Below are positions 16,794 to 29,174 of a stretch of DNA of 64,000 bases, piece by piece. The position numbers and the translations under genes were made by a program. This stretch comes from Camelus ferus (lineage: Eukaryota). Below the pieces are notes generated by a model, which saw only the letters and a program-made list of their open reading frames with translations, had not been told where the DNA came from and did not search any database. The DNA is taken from assembly GCF_009834535.1 (NCBI RefSeq), contig NC_045696.1, positions 57,228,001 to 57,292,000 on the forward strand, read 5' to 3'. Position 1 is the stretch's first letter. Each line of letters begins with the position of its first letter.

Positions 16794-17598
16794 TGTTAGC
16801 GGATGGAGGGATCCCTAAATTAGGAAGCTCACCAAAGTGTGGGTTCTTGCTGCTGGCTGTGAAAGAATTCACACAGCAGAGGTTGAGGGATGAAATGGAA
16901 GGGGAAATGGAAGGAAAGTGCTCCAGCAGAGAGAAGGGAAGAAAAGAGCTAGAGCAGGGAGCTGTCAGCCAAGATGGGTGGTAGAGACAGCTCTGGCTGG
17001 GTCAGGCCATGTGGACTTTTATGGGAGGCTTCTGCTATCATGTCTTCCTTTTGTGTATGATGGAGCCAATCAGTCCTTGTTTTTCAGTCCTTTTATGGGT
17101 TTTTCTGGTTGTTGTTATGTCAATAGTCAAGTGTTATGGTGCTGGTGGGCATGTCACTTAGCTTGCTAATACATTACAATGAGCGTATAATGATGCTCAA
17201 GGTCCAGTGGAAATCAAATCCTCCACCATCTTGGAATTGGTGGGTTCTAACCAGTTCTTGTTTCTTCCCTGCTGGGGGCAAGAGCCCTGATAACAAAAAC
17301 GAAAGTTGCTTTTAACCAGAATGCCTACAATCTAGTGGACCCAGAAACCCCCCCAAAATAACCATCTCCAAAGATTCTTTTCAGCCAAGTTTGAAAGGGA
17401 AATGAAGGAATAATCTCAGTTAATCCTCGAGACAGGTGGTCAGAGTCACTGCCATTCCCCAATGTCTGCAGGCTTGTCCTAATCAACTGCTTGAGCATGC
17501 TCTTCTATGACTCATGGAGGCCTGGGAAACTTCAGCTTTTCTATAAATAACAGGCAGGGGTTTGGGAAGGGGGGCTCACAAGGTCCTACTCCATTTCA
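16794..17598 (-). mobile_element. Composite ERV1 LTR: U3 of one family (17296-17598) joined to a complete LTR of another family (16794-17295)
   Basis: TGAAATGGAGTAGGACC start resembles the LTR at 36987; inner unit has TGTTA..TAACA ends; GAGC on both outer flanks. Confidence 0.7.
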
Positions 17599-18732
17599 GA
17601 GCAAGATTGAAAACAAAAATCTGCCAAGCTAATAGCATTATAGCTACAACAATTCCAAGGCCATAAACCCAAAACAACACCTAGGCCTCCCCCATTACAC
17701 CCTCCTAAGGGTTCATCATCAAAACACTGGCCCAAAAGTCAGTCTCTATCATAATCAGCTAGGACCCTTGGGGGTAGGAGGGTGAGTATCTTCAAAAACC
17801 CATGCAAATTCTTCAAAATCAACTTAAATGCCCCAATATGAGCCCCTCCAAGAGCTGAAGAAACTCTACGGAATATTCTAGTAAACTGCTGTTACTGCCC
17901 TTAACAGCCAAGGGAAACTAAAAATTAACAGGGTTATTCAATATTGCCAGAAATATTTACTTTGTCCTTCTGAAACCTGACAAAGATATTAGAAAGGACT
18001 TAATAACTTTATGAGCAGAAAACTGGCCAAACTGGAAGCTGATATTCAGAGCCTGATAAGAATTTTTAGGCCTTTTCTACATTTAAAAATGAAGAACCTT
18101 GTCTTCTAAGATCCTTTTGAGTCTATGTGTGTGTATGTCTACATATGCATATGTGTATATATACGCACACATATACACGTTATAGAACTGTAGTATTTTC
18201 CTACCTCTGGATGGTATTGCCAAAATTGATTTATAAAAGAGCTTTATTTAGTTGGTTTAAAAACAAGCTTGCAAGGATCGGGCATTCCACAGTTCTAAGG
18301 AATATACTAACTCAAATGCTTTTCAAGAGCAAGTTATCTAAAATAATCTTTAGTAAGTAAAAGCTGGTTTTAAGTTTGTTGCTTTAACTAAAACAGACAT
18401 GTCTTTAGAGTTATCAGCATTAATTACAATAATTTTATTCTACCTAAGCCAAAAAATTTGTCAGCAAGAAAAATAACTTGGTACAATGAAATTTTCATTA
18501 GATCTAAATATAATTGTTTAGAGCAAGTAAATTAAAAGTAGAATAAAAAGGTTTCCTAGGTGAACTTTTCAAGTAAGTTTTCCAAATCTTTTCAGTAGCC
18601 TGAAACCCTAAAGTTTTGCCAAGATGAAATTTAATGATGGAAATTTACTGAACATTTAGATCATTCAAAATAAGATAAAATAGGTGAAAGATTAATTACT
18701 GAACATAGGTTTATCTACTTTTGGCTTCCTAT

Positions 18733-19071
18733 TGTTAGGTACTTAGATAAGTGGGGGCACTGGGCAGATAGGTGGAGGAGAGGGAGGATGGTCCTGAAGA
18801 TGGTGTTATGCCCACCTCCAACATAAAGGGGCTTTACTTCTAAATGAGTGGAAGAAACTGGTTAGAACTGGACAGCCGAAACTGCGAGGTAGAGAGAAGA
18901 ACCTAACCAGACATGACCCAATGCTCATTTTAATATAATTAGCATTGTGGTTTCTCTGTGTGCATCATGGGTAAGGACATGGGTAAAGAGGACAAAGATG
19001 ACTAGGTATTCTAGGGGTAAGACAAGTATGACAAGAACTGGAGTCTTTTCCCTTCCCCTTTTGGGGTAACA
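18733..19071 (+). mobile_element. ERV1 solo LTR, internally deleted or rearranged
   Basis: TGTTA...TAACA with TSD CTAT; shares aactggttagaac and ctcatt..aat..attagca with the LTR at 16794-17295. Confidence 0.75.
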
Positions 19072-20120
19072 CTATTGCTGAGAAACTGAAGATAAAATTT
19101 GGGATTACTAGTAAGCATGTTTGGTGCCATGCTGAGAAATTTTCTGAGAAAGCGCATGTTTCTAGAAGTTATAGAGTATTCATAATTTTGCCAAGCTACA
19201 GAATCTCGTGTAAGAGACAGTTCACAATTGTTTGGTTCTCAACTTTCACCAGAAATTAAAGTTTTTAAAAGTGAAAAATTCTAACATACGTAACTAAAGC
19301 TATAAGAAACAACAAAGGAAACATCTCCATATGCAAGAAAGCAGGATGTGTTTTGGCTAAGAAAAGTTATGAAGAATGAAGATGTACTTTGTTAAGGGAA
19401 ATAAGAGTAATTTTGTCTGAACTGGAACTCCTGATTATAAAGGATAAAGGTATAAAAAAGGTTGAAGAAAGAAAAGATTTTACCTTGTGGAATCAAGCTG
19501 ACTAAAACTGAATTATTATAAGGGTTTTTTAAATTAAGCTTTAATATCAATAGTATACTTACATAAAACTAGAATTTTATTTTCTTTCATCTGCTAAATA
19601 GACAAGTATCGTTTTATACTGATCTGTGATCCTATTTAGTCAAGAGTCCAAACCATTTGATATCTTTGACAAACTTCCCAAAATCAAATTCTAAATAAGT
19701 TCTTTGACCACAAACCAACTGTGAACTTTTCCACAGGGCCCCCCAGAGTATTTCAAAAGATATTTAACTAATTAGGCTTATTTGCTATGGTAAATTACAT
19801 AGGAAGCATTATCAAATAAGAAGTAACACTAAATCTTCTTTATGTTGTATTTACATAAGTATATGAGTGTTCTGGAAATTGTGTGAAATCCCTAGAAATT
19901 TGATTTGCCTGGTATAATTCTAACTGATAATTCTCTTAACTTATAATTCTAGTTATTATCTTAAAATGTTGTATGGCAAGCTCTGGGACCGCCATCAGAA
20001 GTGGGCAACAAGTAATAATCTTCTTACTGCTATTCACTTATATTCTGAAATTGCTGACATCAAAACTGAGGCTCACACTAAAAATACTGTACCTGAGTAT
20101 CAGGGAAATGCCCTAGCTGA

Positions 20121-20450
20121 TTTTCTTTTCTTTTTTTTTTAATTGAATTATAGTCAGTTTACAATGTTGTGTCAATTTCTGATATACAACACAATGTTTC
20201 AGTGTTTCAATGTTTCATACATGAATATACATATATTTGTTTTCATATTCTTTTTCACTGTAAGCTACTATAAGATATCGAATATAGTTCCCTGTGCTAT
20301 ACAGTATAAACTTGTTTATCTATTTTATATATACCAGTCAGTATCTGCAAATCTCAAACTCCTAGTTTATCCCTTCTCACCCACTCTCCCCGGTAACCAC
20401 AGTTTGTTTTCTAAATGTCTGTGAGTCTGCTTCTGTTTTATATATGTAAA
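20121..20450 (-). mobile_element. L1 3' fragment
   Basis: Poly-T followed by tagtcagtttacaatgttgtgtcaatttc (reverse complement of a young L1 tail). Confidence 0.88.
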
Positions 20451-21799
20451 ATTTCATGCAAAGGCAATAGCAACAGAATCTGTAAAGACTATAGCAAGTG
20501 TAGATGAAGTTCCTTTTACTTCTGCAAAAATTACTCCCTTACTGCCAGACTTTCGCCATCCTGATGTCCTTATAACATGACAACAGTCTGCTTCTGAATC
20601 AGAGAAACTGTAAATCAAACAAACAGCTGGGGAGGCTATGGGAAAACCAAAAAAGTCTCTTGGTTCTTCCTGGCTCCCTGACAGACCCCCATTTCTCTGT
20701 TTTTGCATTCCTTCAACCACCATAGTACATTTAAGGACTATTTTTATCCCTAGAGGCCTCAAGCTTCCTTCCTCTGGACCTTTGAAAAACTGTCTTCAAG
20801 TAGAAAAAGTATTGATTACATGGGACTACATGAACTGAGGAGGATGTGCTAACGTTTTGCTTTCCCAAATTTAAGGAGAAGTTTTCTTAAGCTATCTATG
20901 ACTTAAAAACTTTACCAAAGTATACCTTTGTGAATAAAAATGAAACATTTACATTTTCTCTCTACCTGATCCATCCAGAACTCAGAAACCCTCAGTGAAT
21001 CTTCTTACTCTCATAACAATGTATTTGCTTGCATAGTTTCAATAAGAGTCCGTTCTCCTTTTAACAGGTTACAATTAGAAATATTGAGTATATTACCAAG
21101 GTTTTGACTGGAATGACATATTTGAGAAAGATATGCATAGACTCAGATATGACCAGATTGCTTCAAGGAACTGCTTCAAAAAAAAAAAAATGGACCTGGT
21201 ACCCTGCTTGTAAGATTCTGGCAAAGCAGGCTTTAAAAAGAATTTCAATGGTCAGTTACTATTTTTGCTGCACTTATACAATCAGGCCAAGTTTAATGCA
21301 AACAAATAGTTTTACTGTGATTATCTTTAGTTTAAAGAAAAATGAGGGTAATTGAAGAGAGAAAAATTACGTGCACCTTTGTAGATACTAGAATCTAGTC
21401 TTGTAAATTGTCTTTGAGATTTTATTACATACCTATTAACTGGACTGCACCCAGGATTTTTCTAGTTTCTTCAATTATCTGTCTACAACTCACCAAACTA
21501 ATATTTCCAGTTTTCTCCCACCCTTCTATTTTGATATCACGAAGAACAAAGGCAGCCCTTGAGCCCTTTCAAAGGGGAACTTTCTTTTCAAGTGCTCCTG
21601 ACCACTGACACTGTTGCAAAAATATAGATGGTATTGAGCCTTGGGTACATTTCTCACAGCTAAGGAGGACCACCTGACATCCGGTCCTGTACAACACTGT
21701 AGACCCCTGAATCAAACTGATGAGTAAAAACAGGTAGCTGGTATCGATATACACTGCTGTCACCCAAGAGGCCAGATGCAAGTCTTACTTTAGCTAAAC

Positions 21800-22660
21800 A
21801 TGAAAGCCTTTCTCCTTTTCTTTCTTAACTTCACTTTGGCATTGGCCTGGAAAGATAACACCATCATCTGTATCTCCCAGGCCATTTCTAAGAAGGGATA
21901 ACCTTTAGAATTTAGGATAACTCCATTTCAGGCTAGGAGATTCTCTTCCCCCATGCACTAAAAACCTGACTGACTCCTGGCCTGAATAGGTAAACACAGC
22001 AGTCCCTGTGAATGAATCCACTATCAGTACTTCTTAAGAGGAATAGTCTGTGCCCCAACTGGTCTTATCTTTGTGCTAGTTATCATTCTCCTTGGGCCTA
22101 TGAATGCCTAGATAGCAGGCATACGATTAGACTATGCCTCTTAGGCTATCTAACTGTGCCCCTAACTGTTAGAGAAAGGGCCTAACAGGAGGCAGTCATG
22201 ATTCAAGAATTGCTTCCTTTGGGAAAATCCTACTTCCCTGATTAGGAGTTAATACAAATAAGAATATGATCAGGAACTTTTTCTTAACTCTTAAGAGACA
22301 CTGTGGATTCCACTGCTAGGACACTACATGCCAACAAAAATACTTAGACTCTCTAGTCATGTTGTTCTTGATAATAAGATAGCCCTTGATTATCTTTTAG
22401 CTAAGTAAGTGTCTGTGCTGTGACCAACACCACCTGCTATAACCGGATTGACACTTCTGGGGAAGTAGAATTTACATTTACTAAGACCACTTGGCTTAAA
22501 AGGATGACTCCTTCAACGGGGTCTTTGGTTGGTTTGGGTCTCAGGGACTATGGCTCCAAAGTGCACTCCAAACACTGAGGATTATCCTGCCTATAGTTAT
22601 CATAATCACCTGGAGCACTGGATCCTCTCAAAAGTTTAAAATGCATGCTTACAGCCACTG
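21800..22660 (+). pseudogene. Gamma-type env remnant (signal peptide, fusion peptide, immunosuppressive domain, CX6CC-like region)
   Basis: MKAFLLFFLNFTLALAWKDN; ASFGKILLP*LGV; VVLDNKIALDYLLAK*; CAVTNTTCY..IDTSGEVE; several stops and frameshifts. Confidence 0.8.
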
Positions 22661-22903
22661 ACCAGCAGTGAAATGATCTTCCTAAGGGTGGAATGTCAGA
22701 AAATAAGCAAGAACAGCAGCCACCTCAAAAAATGTGAACCTGAAGTCCTGGCCCATGAATATCACAGGGGTTCAGCAAAAACATGACCTATGGATTCCAC
22801 AGTGAAGATCACCAAAGCTGCGGAACAGTAGCTGAGAGTGACACTAATTCCTTAAATTTTGATCACATCTCTCAGGATGAGAGTACAAAGAAAAGGAGGG
22901 AGC

Positions 22904-23327
22904 TGTTAAAGAGAAAAGCCACAGGCCCAAAATGGCTAAAGCTCAGAATATCAAACCTAGATTTAATACCTAACCTAACAGCAGTTTTGACTTTCACCTG
23001 AAATGTAATCTTAATCAAACAGTCTAGAATTTTCTGGTCAGCAACAATGAGGTAATCCATCCATCCTTTCTCCCAGTTCCCTCCTAGCTCCTCCCCTCCT
23101 GTTCTACCCCAACCCCAAGAAGCAATGCGCATGATAAAACCCCCTTGCCTTTCCTCCCCACCCTCCACCCCACCCCCTCCGCATAAGAAGCCCTGGCCTA
23201 AAAACAATCCTTTCTTTTTTCATGTACAACTCCTTCCAGTTGCTAGATAAGACGCTGTGATTCCTAAGGTGCCTAATAAAGTCAATTAAATCTTCAAATT
23301 TACTCAGCTGAATTTTGTTTTCTAACA
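22904..23327 (+). mobile_element. 3' LTR of the provirus
   Basis: TGTTA...TAACA termini, directly after the polypurine tract aaagaaaaggagggag; AATAAA at about 23275. Confidence 0.88.
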
Positions 23328-23679
23328 ATGGATTCTGTTGGTGAGGCTGAAGCTAGTGAGAATACAACTTGGCTGGACCCTTCTGCAGAGCAATTTAGAA
23401 TCTAATAAAGCTATATCTGCACTTACCTTTTGAAATCTCATGTCTAGTAATCTACTCTGAAGAAACATTACCAACAATATGAAAATACATATGCACAAGG
23501 TAATTCATTGTAGATTGTCGGTAATGGCAAACTATTCAAGACAATCTGAATGCTAGCTGGGTTTTCTGGCTTTTATGTACCAAGTACTGAAAGGAAAGGG
23601 TGGCCAGTCTGCAGATACACCAGATTCTGTTCAGAAAATTAGCCATTAATATAATACTGTTTCTGATCTACACACTTAA

Positions 23680-24000
23680 TTCAAATTTTACCAATTGTTC
23701 CACTTACGTCCTTCCTCTAATACAACCTAGAATAAGGTGGTACATTTAGTTGTCATGTCTCTTTAGCCTGCTTTAACTGGAATCAGTTCCTCAGTCTTTG
23801 TCGAAAACAAATAATGATATTTTTGAAGAGTACTTGCCAATTATTTTGTAGAATGTCTCTCAATTTAGGTTTGCCTGATGTTTCCCCACAGTTCATGTTA
23901 GACATTTTTGATAAGAATATTCCAGAAGCAATGCTGTCTTTCTCAGTGTGTCACATGAGGAGACAGATCATGTTGATTTGTCCTATTACTGATGTCACTA
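23680..24000 (-). mobile_element. Old L1 (L1MC-like) 3' UTR fragment
   Basis: atttagttgtcatgtctctttag...ttttgtagaatgtctctcaattt. Confidence 0.6.
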
Positions 24001-24389
24001 ATTTTTTTGTTTTTAGTTTTTTTTTTTTTTTTTGGGAGGACATGTCATGGGAATAACAGCCTTAGCATCACAAAGAAGCAAAGAAGCAATTCCAAAATGT
24101 GTTTAGAACTTTTTTCCAAATAAACTTTGTAAAATGTATACTGTCTTTAGATTGACTCCCTGGAAGGGTTAGGTATGATATGTGGTATGTTGTTACCACA
24201 GATACTCCCACATCTGAATTTGTCCACCTTAGGACTTTTACTGTATATTTCTAAGCAAGTATGAATGTATCTAAAGATTCCGTGAAAATCACAGGCTTCA
24301 GAGGAGATCAACGCCTTTACAGGTAGATTTCAAAACATACTCTATGTAGGCTTCAGCCAGAGGCACACCCCAAAGTGACAGAATCTCAC

Positions 24390-24790
24390 ACCAGCAGACC
24401 TTCTGATCTTCGGTCACAGGGGATGGCCCTGCCCCCACAGTTGTACTAGGCATTGCCCTAGTGGGGGCTCTGCAGGGGCCCCCCACTGCAGCAGTTCTCT
24501 GCTTGTGTTGCACATGCCTAAGACTCCAGGGGATTTCATCCTTCAAAATCTAGGTAGAGACAGCTATACCCCTACAGCTGTGCTGGTTGTAGTGTATGCT
24601 GCCCCAGGCCCACTAGCAGGAACCATACCTAGGTTGCTGCTGGATGACATGGAGTGGAGCCCATGCTGTGAGGTGGCACTGGGCAGTGAGGCCTTTCCTT
24701 TGACTATGCCCCCATCCCTTCCTACACATTACAAGTTTCAGAGCCTGTGTCAGGCCTAAAGTGAGTGGGAGGAAAGAAGCATGGAACTGG
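24390..24790 (-). mobile_element. MaLR internal (MLT/MST-int-like) fragment
   Basis: Minus strand cctagattttgaaggatg...ctgctgcag..gagcccccactagggcaatgcc resembles MaLR internal sequence. Confidence 0.6.
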
Positions 24791-24971
24791 AAATGAGATT
24801 GATGCTCTTATTAAAACAAATTTTTAAAACCTGAAAATAAAACTGTTAGTATTTTAGTCATAGGATCTGGCTGAGATTCCATATAACAGTGAGTTCAAAG
24901 AACCGTGGTTGAGAAAATAATTATGATTTTCCTTGATTATAAGCTGAATCCAGCCCATTCAATGATTGGTT

Positions 24972-24987
24972 ACACACACACACACAT

Positions 24988-25027
<40 letters not shown>
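24972..25027 (+). repeat. (CA)n/(CATA) microsatellite
   Basis: Directly visible. Confidence 0.95.
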
Positions 25028-25031
<4 letters not shown>

Positions 25032-25428
25032 CAAGGAGTCTTCTCACAAACTGTTTTTGAGGACTAGTGTTTCAAGGAACAGTCAAAAGGAGTACATTTA
25101 TAAAGTGCTCTTGCCTGAAGAAAGTCTAAGATGAGCCCTGGATATATACTGAGAACTAAAGTCCATCAATGCAGAAAGCATTGGTAACTTAGCTTTGCTT
25201 AATCTTTCTAGGAGAGAGTTAAGATAATGTCTTTAAAGTCATAAAATACATTTTAAATATACAAAAAAAGGAAACTTCAAGGGGGGAAAAGCAGCCACAT
25301 TTTCTTCTACTTACCCCAAGTATGATATGGTATTATCTAAGAGAAAAATATTTTAATACATTATCTGTTATTTACAAATTGACCTGATTTTCCACTTAAT
25401 AACCCTATGTAGATAGGGGACTTCCTTA

Positions 25429-25701
<273 letters not shown>

Positions 25702-26831
25702 TTAAAAATTCTGTATAGACCAATTCTCCATTTCTTGAGGTGTATTTTTGCTTCACTATTTTTTTTTCCTGCAGAATCATTAAGTTTAACAGGCCGAAGG
25801 TGTAAATTAATAGGAGAGTAGACATATACTAAGGGTCTAGCTAAATGGGCAATGAATGTGTAAACACATTGAATGTTACCTCATTCATTCTTAATCAATA
25901 ACTTGACATATGAAAAAAACGGAAGCAGAGCACATAAACACAAAACAAACAAAAAGCTCTCACTCTAGTTCATTCCTCTTTCTCACTCTCTCCTTTTTTT
26001 AAGGAAGAAACAACCTTTAAAACAGGTAAAGAACTCTTTCTACCCAGAAGAAAACAAGAGAGCTGATTCAAATAGCCAAGTGCTGAGAGGATTATTTATA
26101 GAGTGAAGCTCCCATTGATATTTTCTTTAAAAAAAAAAGTTGCCTAGCTCAATAGCTATACCCTCCTGAAATAAAGAGGCCAGAGCAGCCAAGTGTCAAG
26201 TCATTAAGAAAATCATTTCCCTATGAGAACATTAACCCTAGATGTAATCTGAGATCTTTGATACCAGTGAGTTGATACCAGTAAGTCTCCCTTCTCATCA
26301 CCCTCTCATCTTTCCCTCAGTATTCTCCCCTCCACACACCTTCACAATGAAACTACACATATAAATACACTCTCTAGCAACCCAGGGTTTCCTTCCTTAG
26401 GGCTTAAAGTGTTCTTGATAAAATCAGACCTAGAACTTCCCTTGTTTGCCTAGCTTACAAGATAGGAGTATAATTTTATTAAGGGAAACTGGTATTTTCT
26501 TAAAGAGATGATATTTAGAGCAGTGAAATAGAAGTCCAGAAATCCCTCTTCACTTGCCATCCTCCTCAATAACAAGTATTAATCAGTAACCTGATGATAA
26601 AAGGAAGACCACTGAGAACTGGATCTGTTTCCTCTTACAACAGGCAAAAAAAAGAGAGACGGATGGTAAGCAGACTGCTAAGGAATGGAAGGGGACTAAG
26701 GTCTAGATACTCGGCTAGCTGTCAGTCTCCTGTAATAATGTAACAAAGTCCAGAAGAGTTGTAGTTTTAGGTGTTCTGATGGTAACAGGGGCTATACAAA
26801 ATTATGGCTTGACACAGCCGCCTAACTTTTA

Positions 26832-27158
<327 letters not shown>

Positions 27159-27967
27159 TTACACCTCTGAGAAAGTGAGACAGTTCCTATAATAGGATAC
27201 AGGATTAGTGGACAAAGACCTCAATGTTTGTAAAGTAAATTCTGACATAACATTAGTACTATAGCAAAAAACTAATATCTATATAACAAAAAGATTTCTT
27301 CCATATTTCACTATTGCTAATTAATTTTAATAAATAAAACTTGGCTCAAGAAATGTGATGGCACAAAAATTGAAAAGAACACTTGATACACAGTTATACC
27401 ATCTAATCATATTTCAATCAAAATTTGATTATAAAAAAGTTTTAATGTGAAAGGCAATTGTGCCACAAATAATTCAAGTATATAAATCCTTACAAAATTT
27501 TCACTTGACTATGATGTAAATAATATACTAAAGACTAATACTGTAAGAAAAATAATTGTATTATATTTCAAAGAAGATAAAGCCTGTGCAATTTCCCCAC
27601 CTGAATCTTTTTAACTGGCTCTTCCCTACAGGTAATGAATCAGTAATGAATCACTTCTAAGGATGATACAAAGCATACCTTCAAATTGAGCCACACTAAG
27701 TTGGCCGTTCTAAGTCACATCTTCTTTAAGGAAAGGAAGTAATTAAATGTTCTACTTTTAAAAGTCTTGATAAATGGCATCTTATAAGCCACAAGGAAGA
27801 AACTGAAATACCAATAAATTCAGTAAATACAGGAAATTGAAAAATTTTACTATACTTAGCCAAAACTTTGATTTTAATGACATTGAAAGTGACTACAATA
27901 AACTGGACAACTATTGCATATCAAATACTGTGTTAAATATTGGATAGTCCAGGTTCCTTGATATTTA

Positions 27968-28162
<195 letters not shown>

Positions 28163-29174
28163 CTAAAGGGAAGCAGAATCATCCATTACCTGGAACTATT
28201 GCATTATAAGAGAGACAAAATTGTAAATATACACTTCTTGATAAAAACAAAAGCCTCGGTATTTGGAAAATTTTCTAAATGGGATAATGCTTCATTTATG
28301 TGAAAACTTAATTTAATCATAAACAACTCACTGACAAGGGAAAAGGAAGAAACCATTAAGCATACAAGCTGGATTTTACAGAATCCAAGAACTTTCATCA
28401 TAGGCACTTTTAATCTCAATATTCTGATGTTAAATACAATCTTAAGTATTTTGTATGATTTCTGAGAAAACGGAGGAGGAGGAATCAATATTCAAAGTTG
28501 CTACAATATATTATCTAAAGTATCTGGGATTCAACAACAACAACAAATAACAATGAGACATGAAAAGAAACAACAACGTGTGTCTCAAACACAGAAAAAA
28601 AAAGTAGGCAAAAGAAACCTCTTTGAGAGATTCCAGATGTTGGAAATACCAGGCAAAGACTTCAAAGCAGACAGTATAAGTATGGCCAAAAGAAAACCAT
28701 GTTAAACGATGTAAAGGAAGGTATGATGACAATGTCTCATCAAGTAGAGAATATGAGTAAACAGAAATGACAAAAAAGAGCCAAATAGAAATTCTGGAGC
28801 TAAAAAGTACAACTGAAATGAACCATTCATTATAGAGCTAAACAGTAGATAAAAGCTGGCAGAAGAAAGAAAGGAAAAGAACATTTGAAGAAATGGATAC
28901 ATAAGATAACATGTAAACTGTAGTATCAGTGACATAAAACATGAAGGGGTAGAGAAGTACAGAGTTTTTGTATAGAATTAAGTATCAGCTTAAAATAGTA
29001 TGTTATAACTATACATACAATGGAACATCATACAGCCATAAAAAAGAAGGAACTCTTGCCATTTATGACAACATGGTTAAGCTGAAGGGCACTGTAATAC
29101 ATGTAATGAGCCAGACAGAGAAAGGCAAATTTTGTATATATTACTCATATGTGGAATCTGAAAAAAGTTGAACA

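Larger units (their letters stand above)
15078..22903 (+). mobile_element. Decayed ERV1-class (MER4-group-like) proviral internal region with gag, integrase-tail and env remnants
   Basis: Gag start MGSFISK at 15177; gag piece FSVIVSAYDP..LYQLVH at about 16542; integrase tail QVLLTTDT..GIEPWVH at about 21590; env from 21800; PPT at 22887-22902. Confidence 0.8.

Noticed and set aside
24003..24790. Poly-T followed by GC-rich sequence, as a second processed pseudogene
   Set aside because: The GC-rich part looks like MaLR internal sequence, and no poly(A) signal, convincing TSD or coding similarity was found.
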